Of a DNA stretch of 64,000 bases, positions 20,517-29,106 are shown piece after piece (position 1 is the stretch's first letter; each line of letters opens with the position of its first letter). The stretch covers positions 22,852-86,851 of the forward strand of contig CAWFVX010000013.1 of the NCBI GenBank assembly GCA_963819345.1. The letters are read 5' to 3'. The stretch is from an uncultured Alphaproteobacteria bacterium. Lineage in GTDB: Bacteria > Pseudomonadota > Alphaproteobacteria > Acetobacterales > Acetobacteraceae. Made by a program: the position numbers and the translations under genes. Under the pieces are notes generated by a model that saw nothing but the letters and a program-made list of their open reading frames with translations, was not told the origin of the DNA and ran no database searches.

Positions 20517-23396
20517 ATGGAAGTATCGGTCGGGATCAAGGTCGCTGCCCGCGGTCTGGAATGGGATGTGACCGAGGTGGAAGGTCTCGGCGCCCAGCAG
20601 CGGGTGCGGCTGGCGTGCTCTGGGGGCGATCTGGCCGGCCTGGAATGGGACGTGCTTTTTCCAGCCGAACCCCTGTCGGTTCTGCGCACCGAACCGCGCG
20701 CTGACGAGGCCGGCTCTTTGGAAGCCTGGCGCCGCTATCACATCGCCCGGCTGCTGGAGCAAATCCCCGGCGCTCCGGTCCCGCCTGGCCGCGTCGCGAT
20801 CGAGGCCTACCAGCGGGTGCCCCTACTGCGGGCGCTCGACATGGTGCGCCCGAGGCTGCTGCTCGCCGACGGCGTCGGCTTGGGAAAGACCATCCAGGCC
20901 GGGCTGATCGCGGCCGAACTGCTGGTGCAGCGCCGAGCGCACCGGATCCTGATCGTTTGTCCGCCTGGTCCGCTGTTGCGCCAGTGGGAGCAGGAGATGC
21001 GCATCCGCTTCGGCCTTCGCTTCACCTCCATCGCCGACAGTGCCGAACTACGGAGCGCTCGGCGAGGTCTGGAACTCGGGGGCAACCCGTTCAATGCGAC
21101 AGCGCTATGTCTGACCTCGATCGATTTCGCTAAGCAGGATAGTGTGCTGGCGGAGTTGGAACGCGTCGCCTGGGATCTGGTCATCATCGATGAAGCGCAT
21201 CATTGCGTCGGCGAGGAAAACCGGCGTCGCCGTCTCGCCGAAGTGCTGGCGGCCAAGGGCGACGGGCTACTGCTTCTGACCGCAACTCCGCATGACGGAT
21301 ACGATCCGAATTTTGCCACACTGATGGCTTTGCTCGACCGTAGCCTGGTGGACGGCGCTGGCCAGTTGGTGGGAACCGCTTATCGTCGGCATGTCGTGCG
21401 CCGGATGAAATCGCATATTCGCACGCTGTCGGGCACGCCGCTGTTCCGGGAACGGATTGTCATCCCGGTGCGGGTGGATGTGACCGACGCCGCGGCGGTG
21501 GGGGATTTTCATAAGGCCCTGTCGGCGTTCGTGGCGCCCCGGCTGCAACGGTCGCGTGATCGAAAGGGTCTAACCGATGCACTGGCGTTCGTCAGCCTGC
21601 TGAAACGATCGATGTCCACCATCGCCGCGTGCGTCGCAACCTTGCGCGTGGTGGAAGATCGGTATGGCACGAAACAGTTGCGAGAACGTCAAAGAGCATT
21701 GAGCGCCTATCGCCGGCGGTTGGCTCGTTTTGGTGTGCTGGGAGCAGCCGAGGAGGCGGAGATCGCCGACCTGGAAGCCGAGGAGATGGCTGCCAATCTG
21801 GAAGGCACGACTGCTGAACTACATGAACTCATCCGTCTGGGCGAGGCGGCGGCGGCAAACGATCCGAAGCTGGCTGCGCTGGTGCTGGAAGTAAGGCTGA
21901 TCCGCTTACGCCATCCGGATGCCAATATCCTCGTCTATACGGAATATGCCGACAGCCAGCGCGCCGCGGTGGAAGCGCTGACAGGGATCGGCGGTTCCGT
22001 TCTGACCATCAGCGGCTCGGATTCCGAAGCCGACCGCACGGCGGCAGCGGAGCGCTGCACCGAGGAAGACGGGATCGTGCTGGTCAGCACTGACTCCCTG
22101 GCAGAAGGCCTGAACCTGCACCAGCGCTGCTTTCAGCTGATCCACCTCGATCTGCCGTACAACCCGAATCGGCTGGAACAGCGCAACGGCCGGATCGACC
22201 GCTATGGGCAACGCCACGATCCGGAGATTCGATACCTGTTTCTCGCGGGCACCTTCGAGGAGCGGCTGCTGTTGCGGCTGATCGCGAAATACGAGAAGGC
22301 GCGGGCATGTTTGTCGTTTATGCCGAATACACTGAACGTCGGTGCCGATCCCGCCAGCCTGCACGAACCGTTGTTCGCCGGCTTCGCTGAGGACTTGTTC
22401 AGCGCCATGCCGCGACTGGTGCACTCGCTTGATTTGGCCGCGGAGGATACGGACAGCGAGGCCTACCGTGAGCTGCTGCGGGAAATCGATCGGGCGTTTC
22501 AAAGCTTCGACCAACTGGCGGTACGTCACGCCTGGTTGTCGGGCGGCGAGGGGCTTGAGCCGGCGCCGCAGGAGAGCCAGTGCGGCATTGATCTGACCGC
22601 ATTCGTTCGATCTGTTTTGGTCCCAGAAGCTGACGCGTTTCGCGTGCCGCCCGCCTGGGGACAGGACCTGCACGGATTGCCCGGCTTCGATCAGGAAAGC
22701 GGGATTGTGCGGCTGACGGACGATCCCGAGCGTCTGCGGGATTCAAGTGGGCGGGCGCTGATGTATCCCGGGCGGTCACATCCGCTGACCCGGCGAGCGA
22801 TCACGTCGGTGAGGACAGGGCGGGTCAGCGCGGCACGCGGACAGAAGCGATCGTTGCTCATGACATATGCGGTGGAAGCCGGATCGCTTCTCCGCACGGT
22901 TTTCGCGCTGCTTCTGTCGCCGGATGGTACGGTCAAAGAACAAGCAGATTTTCTTTCCTGCGCCGATGATCCGGTGTTTTCGGACAGGTTGTGGCAAAAG
23001 AAGTTTGCGTCCTGGGCGCCAGAAGCGCTCGTGGCGGCTGGTGTGCGGGCGGTGCAGATCGGAGAGCGGATCGCTTCTGTCGCCGCTGCCGCCCATCAGG
23101 ACCGTCTGGCCCGGCAGGACGCCGTCGTTCGTGCCTGGCTGATACGGCGTGCATACGAACTCTGTGGACCGGCAGAAGCTCGCTTGGGAGACTTGTTCTC
23201 CTCCAGACCTTCAGACACTGACTGGAGATCCTGCGAGGTACCGGAACAGCGGCTGGCCGAGTTCGCGGCTGATCCGACGGTCCCGATCGCACGACGCCGC
23301 GAAGCAACCGACGCCCTGGAGCAATCAACAGCGAGACCGCTGCCGTTCCCGCGTCCGGCAGTGCGGACTTTGGGTATGCTGATGCTGGTGCCGTGA
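20517..23396 (+). CDS. SNF2/RapA-like superfamily-2 ATPase (helicase-like translocase)
   Basis: Motif I ADGVGLGKT, II IIDEAHH, III LLLTATP, V VLVSTDSLAEGLNLH, VI PYNPNRLEQRNGRIDRYGQ; about 100-aa N-terminal and about 390-aa C-terminal regions without motifs I recognise; ATG 20517 preferred over 20466. Confidence 0.85.
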   Translation: MEVSVGIKVAARGLEWDVTEVEGLGAQQRVRLACSGGDLAGLEWDVLFPAEPLSVLRTEPRADEAGSLEAWRRYHIARLLEQIPGAPVPPGRVAIEAYQRVPLLRALDMVRPRLLLADGVGLGKTIQAGLIAAELLVQRRAHRILIVCPPGPLLRQWEQEMRIRFGLRFTSIADSAELRSARRGLELGGNPFNATALCLTSIDFAKQDSVLAELERVAWDLVIIDEAHHCVGEENRRRRLAEVLAAKGDGLLLLTATPHDGYDPNFATLMALLDRSLVDGAGQLVGTAYRRHVVRRMKSHIRTLSGTPLFRERIVIPVRVDVTDAAAVGDFHKALSAFVAPRLQRSRDRKGLTDALAFVSLLKRSMSTIAACVATLRVVEDRYGTKQLRERQRALSAYRRRLARFGVLGAAEEAEIADLEAEEMAANLEGTTAELHELIRLGEAAAANDPKLAALVLEVRLIRLRHPDANILVYTEYADSQRAAVEALTGIGGSVLTISGSDSEADRTAAAERCTEEDGIVLVSTDSLAEGLNLHQRCFQLIHLDLPYNPNRLEQRNGRIDRYGQRHDPEIRYLFLAGTFEERLLLRLIAKYEKARACLSFMPNTLNVGADPASLHEPLFAGFAEDLFSAMPRLVHSLDLAAEDTDSEAYRELLREIDRAFQSFDQLAVRHAWLSGGEGLEPAPQESQCGIDLTAFVRSVLVPEADAFRVPPAWGQDLHGLPGFDQESGIVRLTDDPERLRDSSGRALMYPGRSHPLTRRAITSVRTGRVSAARGQKRSLLMTYAVEAGSLLRTVFALLLSPDGTVKEQADFLSCADDPVFSDRLWQKKFASWAPEALVAAGVRAVQIGERIASVAAAAHQDRLARQDAVVRAWLIRRAYELCGPAEARLGDLFSSRPSDTDWRSCEVPEQRLAEFAADPTVPIARRREATDALEQSTARPLPFPRPAVRTLGMLMLVP

Positions 23397-26300
23397 CGCT
23401 CGATCTCGGCGATTGCGTTCTCGTTGGTTCCGCAATGACCGAAAGCTTCCTGCGGGACGGTCTCGCTCCGGTGGCGCACGTCTCGAGTGGCGTCGAAGCT
23501 GAATGGGATAGTTTGCGTGCGTCGCTGCGGACCGGTGGAGCGCAGCGCGTCCATCAACATGTCACGACAAAGTTGGCATCGACCTTTGGTTACGGCCGCC
23601 CGTTGCGTCAGCACTCGGTGTCCACCCGGGAAGGACAAGAGGACGGCGGTTGGTTTTTGCAGGGCGCCAATGGCGAGCGGCTGCGTGCCTGGTCAATTCC
23701 CAGCGAAATTGATCTCGATGGACCAGACCGCTCGGCCCGCGCCTTTCGATCCAGCCCCACGCGTATCGCGCAGCGTGTCCTGCTGGCCAGCGGCGAGCGC
23801 GCCGGCTTGCTGACCAATGGCGAGGTCGTGCGCCTGTTGCTGTGCGATCCCTCCCGCTCGGATAGTCACCTGTCGGTCGGCATCAATGGGTGGAGGCAGG
23901 AGAAGCTTCCTCCGGATTCGTTTCGTATCCTGAAGGCACTGGCCGGGGCAGAGGGGTTGACCCGGCTCTCTGGCGTGCTCGAAGCCGCAAGGCTGCATCA
24001 GGTTCGCGTCACGACGAGCTTGCGCCGGCAGGCCCGTGAAGCGATCGTCGGCTTCATCAATGCACTGCCCGACCGAATTGGGATGGATCCGGCTGCGCTC
24101 TGGCACGAGGGTCTGATACTCGTCTATCGGCTACTCTTTATCCTCAAGCTGGAAAGCCCCGCCGAGGCGGGAACCGGCTTCAGTTTTGCTTCCACACGGT
24201 TGTGGCGTGAGTCGTTGTCGCCAAATCAAGCATTGGGATCGTTGGTACGAAGACATCTCGATCAGGGTCATGACACCGGGCGAATGCTTGAAAGTGGCCT
24301 TCGGCGATTATTCGCAATCTTTCATGGCGGCTTACATTGTAGCGAGCTGAATATCGTTCCGCTCGGCGGTGCGCTTTTCGGCGCGAGCACAACCGGGGTG
24401 CTGGACCGGATCGACTGGGGAGATCGCGCGGTAGCGCTTCTGCTCGATCGACTGATCTGGATCGTTTCGGCGCGCGGCGAACGGACGAGAGTGCATTACG
24501 GCTCACTGGATGTGGAGGACCTCGGCAGCATTTACGAGGGATTGTTGGAACAGGAACCCGGCATAGCTACGGAGCCACTGGTCCGTATCCGCCGCGGCAA
24601 AATGGAAGCGGTCGTCGCGGCAATGGAACAGCAAGGCGACATTCAATCTGGTCAGTTTTATTTGCGCACCGGGATGGGCCGCAAAGCCTCGGGTTCGTTC
24701 TACACGCCGCATGAATTCGTTCGCTTCGTGGTGCGGGAGACCTTGGACCCCAAGATCGCCGCCCTCAGCCCACTCGAGGACCCCCACCCTGCCCGCCTGT
24801 TGACGCTGAAAATTGTCGATCCCGCGTCGGGCAGCGGCCACTTTCTGGTCGAGGCGTGCCGGCATTTGGGTGAGGCTCTGCTAACCGCCTGCCGCCTTTG
24901 CGATGAACGCGGCTTGCACGACCGTATCGCCGCATTGCCTGACCCCGACGAGACGATCGCGGCCTATCTGCCCAGCCGAGGCTTTTCTGAACGCCGAGCG
25001 CGCGCAATCTGCCGTCGATTGGTGGCGGTGCATTGCCTGTATGGCTGCGATCGTAACAAACTAGCCGTCGAGCTGGCGAAACTCTCGCTGTGGCTGGAGT
25101 CCTACGCCGAGGGGCTGCCACTGACGTTCCTGGATCATCGATTGGTGCACGGGGACGCGCTGACCGGGCCATTTTTCGCTTCGCTTTCGACCCTTCCGGT
25201 AACCGGGGGCGTCCTCGATCCGCTGCTGGCGGGCGGTGTCGCCGACCGGCTGGACACCAGCTTACAGGAGGCGCGGCGGCTGGTCGCCACGCTGAATGCT
25301 TCGATCGGCCGCGACATCACTGATCTGAGGACGAAACAGGCGGCCAAGGATCGTTTGGACCGGGTGCTGCAGCCTCTGCGACAACTCGCGCGGGCCTGGG
25401 CGGGGGCGGCGATGTTGCGCGAGAGGGACGGCGACGACGTCTGGCTTGCGTTGGCCAGCGGGGTTGCTGAGACCGGATTTTGGCCGGATGCGTTGACTGA
25501 CCGTCAGGCGAAGCTTCTGGCAGCCGGGGCCGATGCGGTCGCCTGGGATGTAGTATTCCCGGAAGTGTTTCCCGGCGGCTTCTCGGTCGTTCTCGGTAAC
25601 CCGCCTTGGGATGTGGTCCTGCCGAACACCAAGGATTTCGTCGCGGACTACGATCCGGCCATTTTCGACGCCCGAACCCGGACCCAGCGGGCAGCGATCG
25701 AACAGGCGGTGCTCGCGCGACCTGGCGTTGCGGCGGCGTTTGATGCGTACCGCCTCGGCTTTGACCAATTGAAGCGAATCGCCGCACGGCTGTACCGCCA
25801 TCAGCGCGTCCGCGCCGGCAGCGAGACGACTGCGGGAAACCTCGATCTGTTTCGTTTGTTCGCCGAACGCAATATCGGTCTGAGCGGTGCGGATGGTACT
25901 ATTGGTGTGCTGATGCCCTCGGCTTTCCATGCCAACGAGGGCACCACCGGTATTCGTCGCCTATATCTCCAGGAAGCTGCCCTGCGTTTGTGCCTGTCGT
26001 TTGAAAATCGCCGCCGAATTTTCGATATCGACAGTCGATTTAAGTTTGACCTGATCGTGGCGCAACGGCCGGGTCCGACGAAAGAACTGCGCTGCGGCTT
26101 CTACCTCGACCGTATCGAGGATGCGGCCGACCCTACGAAGATCATGACATACACAACGCAGTTTCTCGACGAAACCGGCGGCACGCCATTGGAACTGCGG
26201 GGCATCACGGACCAGCGGATCGCCGAGGCTGTGTTCGCACAGCCCGGCCGGCTGGGGACGTGGTGCGCGGAGCGGCATATCCGATTCGGTAACGATCTGC

Positions 26301-27064
26301 ACATGACTGCGGACGCTGGTTGCTTCAGGCCTGCCGGAACCGCCGACCTGACGCTGCACGAGGGAAAGACGTTCCACCAGTATACCGACATTTGGGACAC
26401 AAGACCGCGCTACAGCGTCGCATCCTCCGCCGGCAACTCGGCCGCCGCCCGGCACTACCGTCTCGTCTTCCGCGACATCGCCCGATCCAACGATGAGCGC
26501 ACAATGATCGCCTGCATCGCGCCGCCCAGTACGGTGTTCGGCCATACCGCAACCGTTGAGAAGACCCCCTGGGAACGCCCGATCGCTTCGGCTCTGGCAC
26601 TGTGCGCGCTGTTCAACTCGTTCCCGTTCGATTGGCTGGTGCGGCAGAAGGCGGCGACGCACCTTAGTCTGTATCTGCTGCGAGGGCTACCCGTCCCGGC
26701 CTTCAGCGCTAGCGAGAGTCAATTCCTGGCCGGCGCGGCGCTACGTCTGTCCTGCAATCACTCGGGGTATGATGAACTCTGGCGAGATCAGGCTGGCGCG
26801 GTGCATGGGTTGGCGGGATGGGCGCTGCGGGCCGAAATCGATGCCGTAGTGGCGCGTCGCTACGGGCTTGACCGCAGCCAATATGACCACCTGCTACGAG
26901 CTTTCAGCCATCGTTCCTACCCAGAAGCTCCCGCGCTCTGCCTTGCGGCCTTCGATAAGGCCGGGAATGTTGAGGGCCGGGACTCCGATTCGTTCGAGAG
27001 GCGCCCCCCTGCCTCGAAAACACCAGCTCAACTCGGTCGGGCGTCACAGCGCAGGCTGGTGTAA
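23393..27064 (+). CDS. Large gamma-class N6-adenine DNA methyltransferase with a C-terminal specificity-like region (Type IIG/ISP/PglX-like architecture)
   Basis: 1223-aa ORF; SAM motif I IVDPASGSGHFLVEA precedes catalytic motif IV VLGNPPWD; C-terminal YRLVFRDIARSNDERTMIA and LFNSFPFDWLVRQ blocks; GTGA overlap with the helicase stop (alternative ATG at 23435). Confidence 0.85.
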   Translation: MTLDLGDCVLVGSAMTESFLRDGLAPVAHVSSGVEAEWDSLRASLRTGGAQRVHQHVTTKLASTFGYGRPLRQHSVSTREGQEDGGWFLQGANGERLRAWSIPSEIDLDGPDRSARAFRSSPTRIAQRVLLASGERAGLLTNGEVVRLLLCDPSRSDSHLSVGINGWRQEKLPPDSFRILKALAGAEGLTRLSGVLEAARLHQVRVTTSLRRQAREAIVGFINALPDRIGMDPAALWHEGLILVYRLLFILKLESPAEAGTGFSFASTRLWRESLSPNQALGSLVRRHLDQGHDTGRMLESGLRRLFAIFHGGLHCSELNIVPLGGALFGASTTGVLDRIDWGDRAVALLLDRLIWIVSARGERTRVHYGSLDVEDLGSIYEGLLEQEPGIATEPLVRIRRGKMEAVVAAMEQQGDIQSGQFYLRTGMGRKASGSFYTPHEFVRFVVRETLDPKIAALSPLEDPHPARLLTLKIVDPASGSGHFLVEACRHLGEALLTACRLCDERGLHDRIAALPDPDETIAAYLPSRGFSERRARAICRRLVAVHCLYGCDRNKLAVELAKLSLWLESYAEGLPLTFLDHRLVHGDALTGPFFASLSTLPVTGGVLDPLLAGGVADRLDTSLQEARRLVATLNASIGRDITDLRTKQAAKDRLDRVLQPLRQLARAWAGAAMLRERDGDDVWLALASGVAETGFWPDALTDRQAKLLAAGADAVAWDVVFPEVFPGGFSVVLGNPPWDVVLPNTKDFVADYDPAIFDARTRTQRAAIEQAVLARPGVAAAFDAYRLGFDQLKRIAARLYRHQRVRAGSETTAGNLDLFRLFAERNIGLSGADGTIGVLMPSAFHANEGTTGIRRLYLQEAALRLCLSFENRRRIFDIDSRFKFDLIVAQRPGPTKELRCGFYLDRIEDAADPTKIMTYTTQFLDETGGTPLELRGITDQRIAEAVFAQPGRLGTWCAERHIRFGNDLHMTADAGCFRPAGTADLTLHEGKTFHQYTDIWDTRPRYSVASSAGNSAAARHYRLVFRDIARSNDERTMIACIAPPSTVFGHTATVEKTPWERPIASALALCALFNSFPFDWLVRQKAATHLSLYLLRGLPVPAFSASESQFLAGAALRLSCNHSGYDELWRDQAGAVHGLAGWALRAEIDAVVARRYGLDRSQYDHLLRAFSHRSYPEAPALCLAAFDKAGNVEGRDSDSFERRPPASKTPAQLGRASQRRLV

Positions 27065-27205
27065 CGCGCTGCAACAAAAACAATAAAAGCAATGCATTGT
27101 CGCGTAACACGGGGCAACAATCATTGACTCGGCGCGGGGAACGAAACGCGCTAGGGGCGTTAGTGTAGTTAGCGATTGCGCTCGTACACGGACTGGACAC
27201 TTTGG

Positions 27206-28171
27206 ATGGATGGCTTAGTCAGACTGCCGAGCGATCAAAAGGACGTGGCCCCGGCCGGTATTTCATCCGGCTGCCGGCAGCGGACTCTCAAGGCCGCGAT
27301 CAATTGCGTCGGCGTCGGTGTCCATTCCGGCCGGCGGGTCACCCTCACCATCCGACCCGCGGCCGCCGATCACGGTATTGTTTTCCACCGCACCGACCTG
27401 AACCGCGTGATCGCAGCGCACTTTGACAACGTCGCCGATACACGTCTGTGCACTGTGCTGGCCGATCCTGCCATGGCCTCTGCCCGAATTGGCACCGTCG
27501 AGCATCTGATGGCTGCGCTGTCCGGTCTGGCCATCGACAACGCGCTGATCGAGGTCGACGGGCCGGAGATCCCGATCCTGGATGGATCCGCCGCGCCGTT
27601 CGTTTTTTTGCTCGATTGCGCCGGATCGGTCGAATTGGACACACCGCGGCGGGTGTTCGAAATATGCCGCCCCGTCCGCGTCACCTCTGGCGAATCCTGG
27701 GCCGAACTCCTGCCGCTTGGTTCGGGAACCCGCGCCGCGCAGCCGGTTCTGGAAATGGACTTGTCGATCGATTTTGCCGCCAGCGCGATCGGCCGGCAGT
27801 CCGTAGCCTTGCGGCTGACGCCGGACACCTTCCGCAATGAGATCGCCGCCGCCCGGACCTTCACCCAAGCTTGTGAGGTGGAGGAGCTCCAGGCCGCCGG
27901 TTTGGCGCGCGGCGGTAGTCTCGACAATGCGATCGTCGTCGACGGGTCGAACATCCTCAATAGCGGCGGCTTACGCATGGCGAACGAATTTGCCAGCCAC
28001 AAGCTGTTGGACGCGGTGGGCGATCTGGCGCTGGCTGGAGTCGGGTTGCACGGACGCTTCGCCGCGTATCGGCCCGGCCATGGGCTGAACAATCGCCTGC
28101 TGCGGGCGCTATTCGCCGATGCCGCCGCTCTGCGCCTGGTTACGGCGGCTCCGCTTACCGCCGCGGCTTAA
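27206..28171 (+). CDS. lpxC: UDP-3-O-acyl-N-acetylglucosamine deacetylase
   Basis: TLKAAINCVGVGVHSG N-terminus, TVEHLMAAL, and HKLLDAVGDLALAG...YRPGHGLNN C-terminal motifs. Confidence 0.9.
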   Translation: MDGLVRLPSDQKDVAPAGISSGCRQRTLKAAINCVGVGVHSGRRVTLTIRPAAADHGIVFHRTDLNRVIAAHFDNVADTRLCTVLADPAMASARIGTVEHLMAALSGLAIDNALIEVDGPEIPILDGSAAPFVFLLDCAGSVELDTPRRVFEICRPVRVTSGESWAELLPLGSGTRAAQPVLEMDLSIDFAASAIGRQSVALRLTPDTFRNEIAAARTFTQACEVEELQAAGLARGGSLDNAIVVDGSNILNSGGLRMANEFASHKLLDAVGDLALAGVGLHGRFAAYRPGHGLNNRLLRALFADAAALRLVTAAPLTAAA

Positions 28172-28224
28172 GCAGCCAGAACTCCCGTATTCGCGGATCG
28201 TGTGGGCATGATATAAGTCCCGCG

Positions 28225-29073
28225 ATGAATACGAGCTCACCCATGTTGCGCATCCTGTTCCTTGGGGCCATCGCGCTTTCGTTCTCTGGCTGCGGATCGT
28301 CGGAGGAGAATACCAAGCAAGCCTCGACCGGTCCGGTAGAGGAGCTTTATAACAACGGCGTAGATGCCTTAAGCGCGCGCCGATTTACCACCGCCGCGGA
28401 TCAATTCAACGCCGTCGAGCAGAATTATCCCTACTCCACCTGGGCGGTGAATGCGCAGTTGATGTCGAGTTACTCGCTTTATTTGCAGAACAAATACACC
28501 GAGGCCCTGGGCACGCTCGACCGCTTCATTCAGCTCCATCCGGCGCATAGAGACATAGCCTACGCCTATTACCTGCGTGCGCTGTGCTACTACGAGCAAA
28601 TCGCCGATATTCAGCGAGACCAGAAGGGCACCGAAGAGGCGATGAACGCGCTGCGGGAGGTCGCGACCAGGTTTCCCGACACGGCCTATGCTCGTGACGC
28701 GAAGTTGAAGATCGACCTGTGCTTTGACCATCTTGCCGGCAAAGAGATGGAAATAGGTCGATTCTACCAGAGGCAGCACCTCTACGAGGCAGCGATTGGA
28801 CGCTTTCAGCGCGTGGTGGATGATTTCCAAACCACCAATCACGCGCCTGAGGCACTGGCCCGGTTGACCGAAGTCTATCTTGCGCTAGGCCTGAAGGATC
28901 AGGCGCGCAAAAGCGCCGCCGTGCTTGGATACAACTATCCCGGCAGCGAGTGGTATAGCGCTACCTATGCTAACCTCGTGGACGTTGGTATAGCCCGCCC
29001 CGGGGACAAATCGCCGAGTGGCAGCCAGGAGCGGCCCGGCTTCTTCTCTCGTGCATGGCATGCTGTGTTCTGA
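28225..29073 (+). CDS. bamD: Outer-membrane protein assembly factor BamD
   Basis: Lipobox LSFSGC; TPR-like YfiO pattern (YPYSTWA, AYAYYLRALCYY, FPDTAYARDA). Confidence 0.88.
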   Translation: MNTSSPMLRILFLGAIALSFSGCGSSEENTKQASTGPVEELYNNGVDALSARRFTTAADQFNAVEQNYPYSTWAVNAQLMSSYSLYLQNKYTEALGTLDRFIQLHPAHRDIAYAYYLRALCYYEQIADIQRDQKGTEEAMNALREVATRFPDTAYARDAKLKIDLCFDHLAGKEMEIGRFYQRQHLYEAAIGRFQRVVDDFQTTNHAPEALARLTEVYLALGLKDQARKSAAVLGYNYPGSEWYSATYANLVDVGIARPGDKSPSGSQERPGFFSRAWHAVF

Positions 29074-29106
29074 TCGCGCGCTGTTCAGAAATGTGAGCCC
29101 CACGGC

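Noticed and set aside
20517-27064. Calling the helicase-methylase pair DISARM, BREX or Type I R-M
   Set aside because: No DrmA/DrmB/DrmC, PglZ/BrxC/BrxL or HsdS/HsdR-like genes flank it. The flanks are housekeeping or metabolic genes. It is therefore reported as an unclassified candidate instead.
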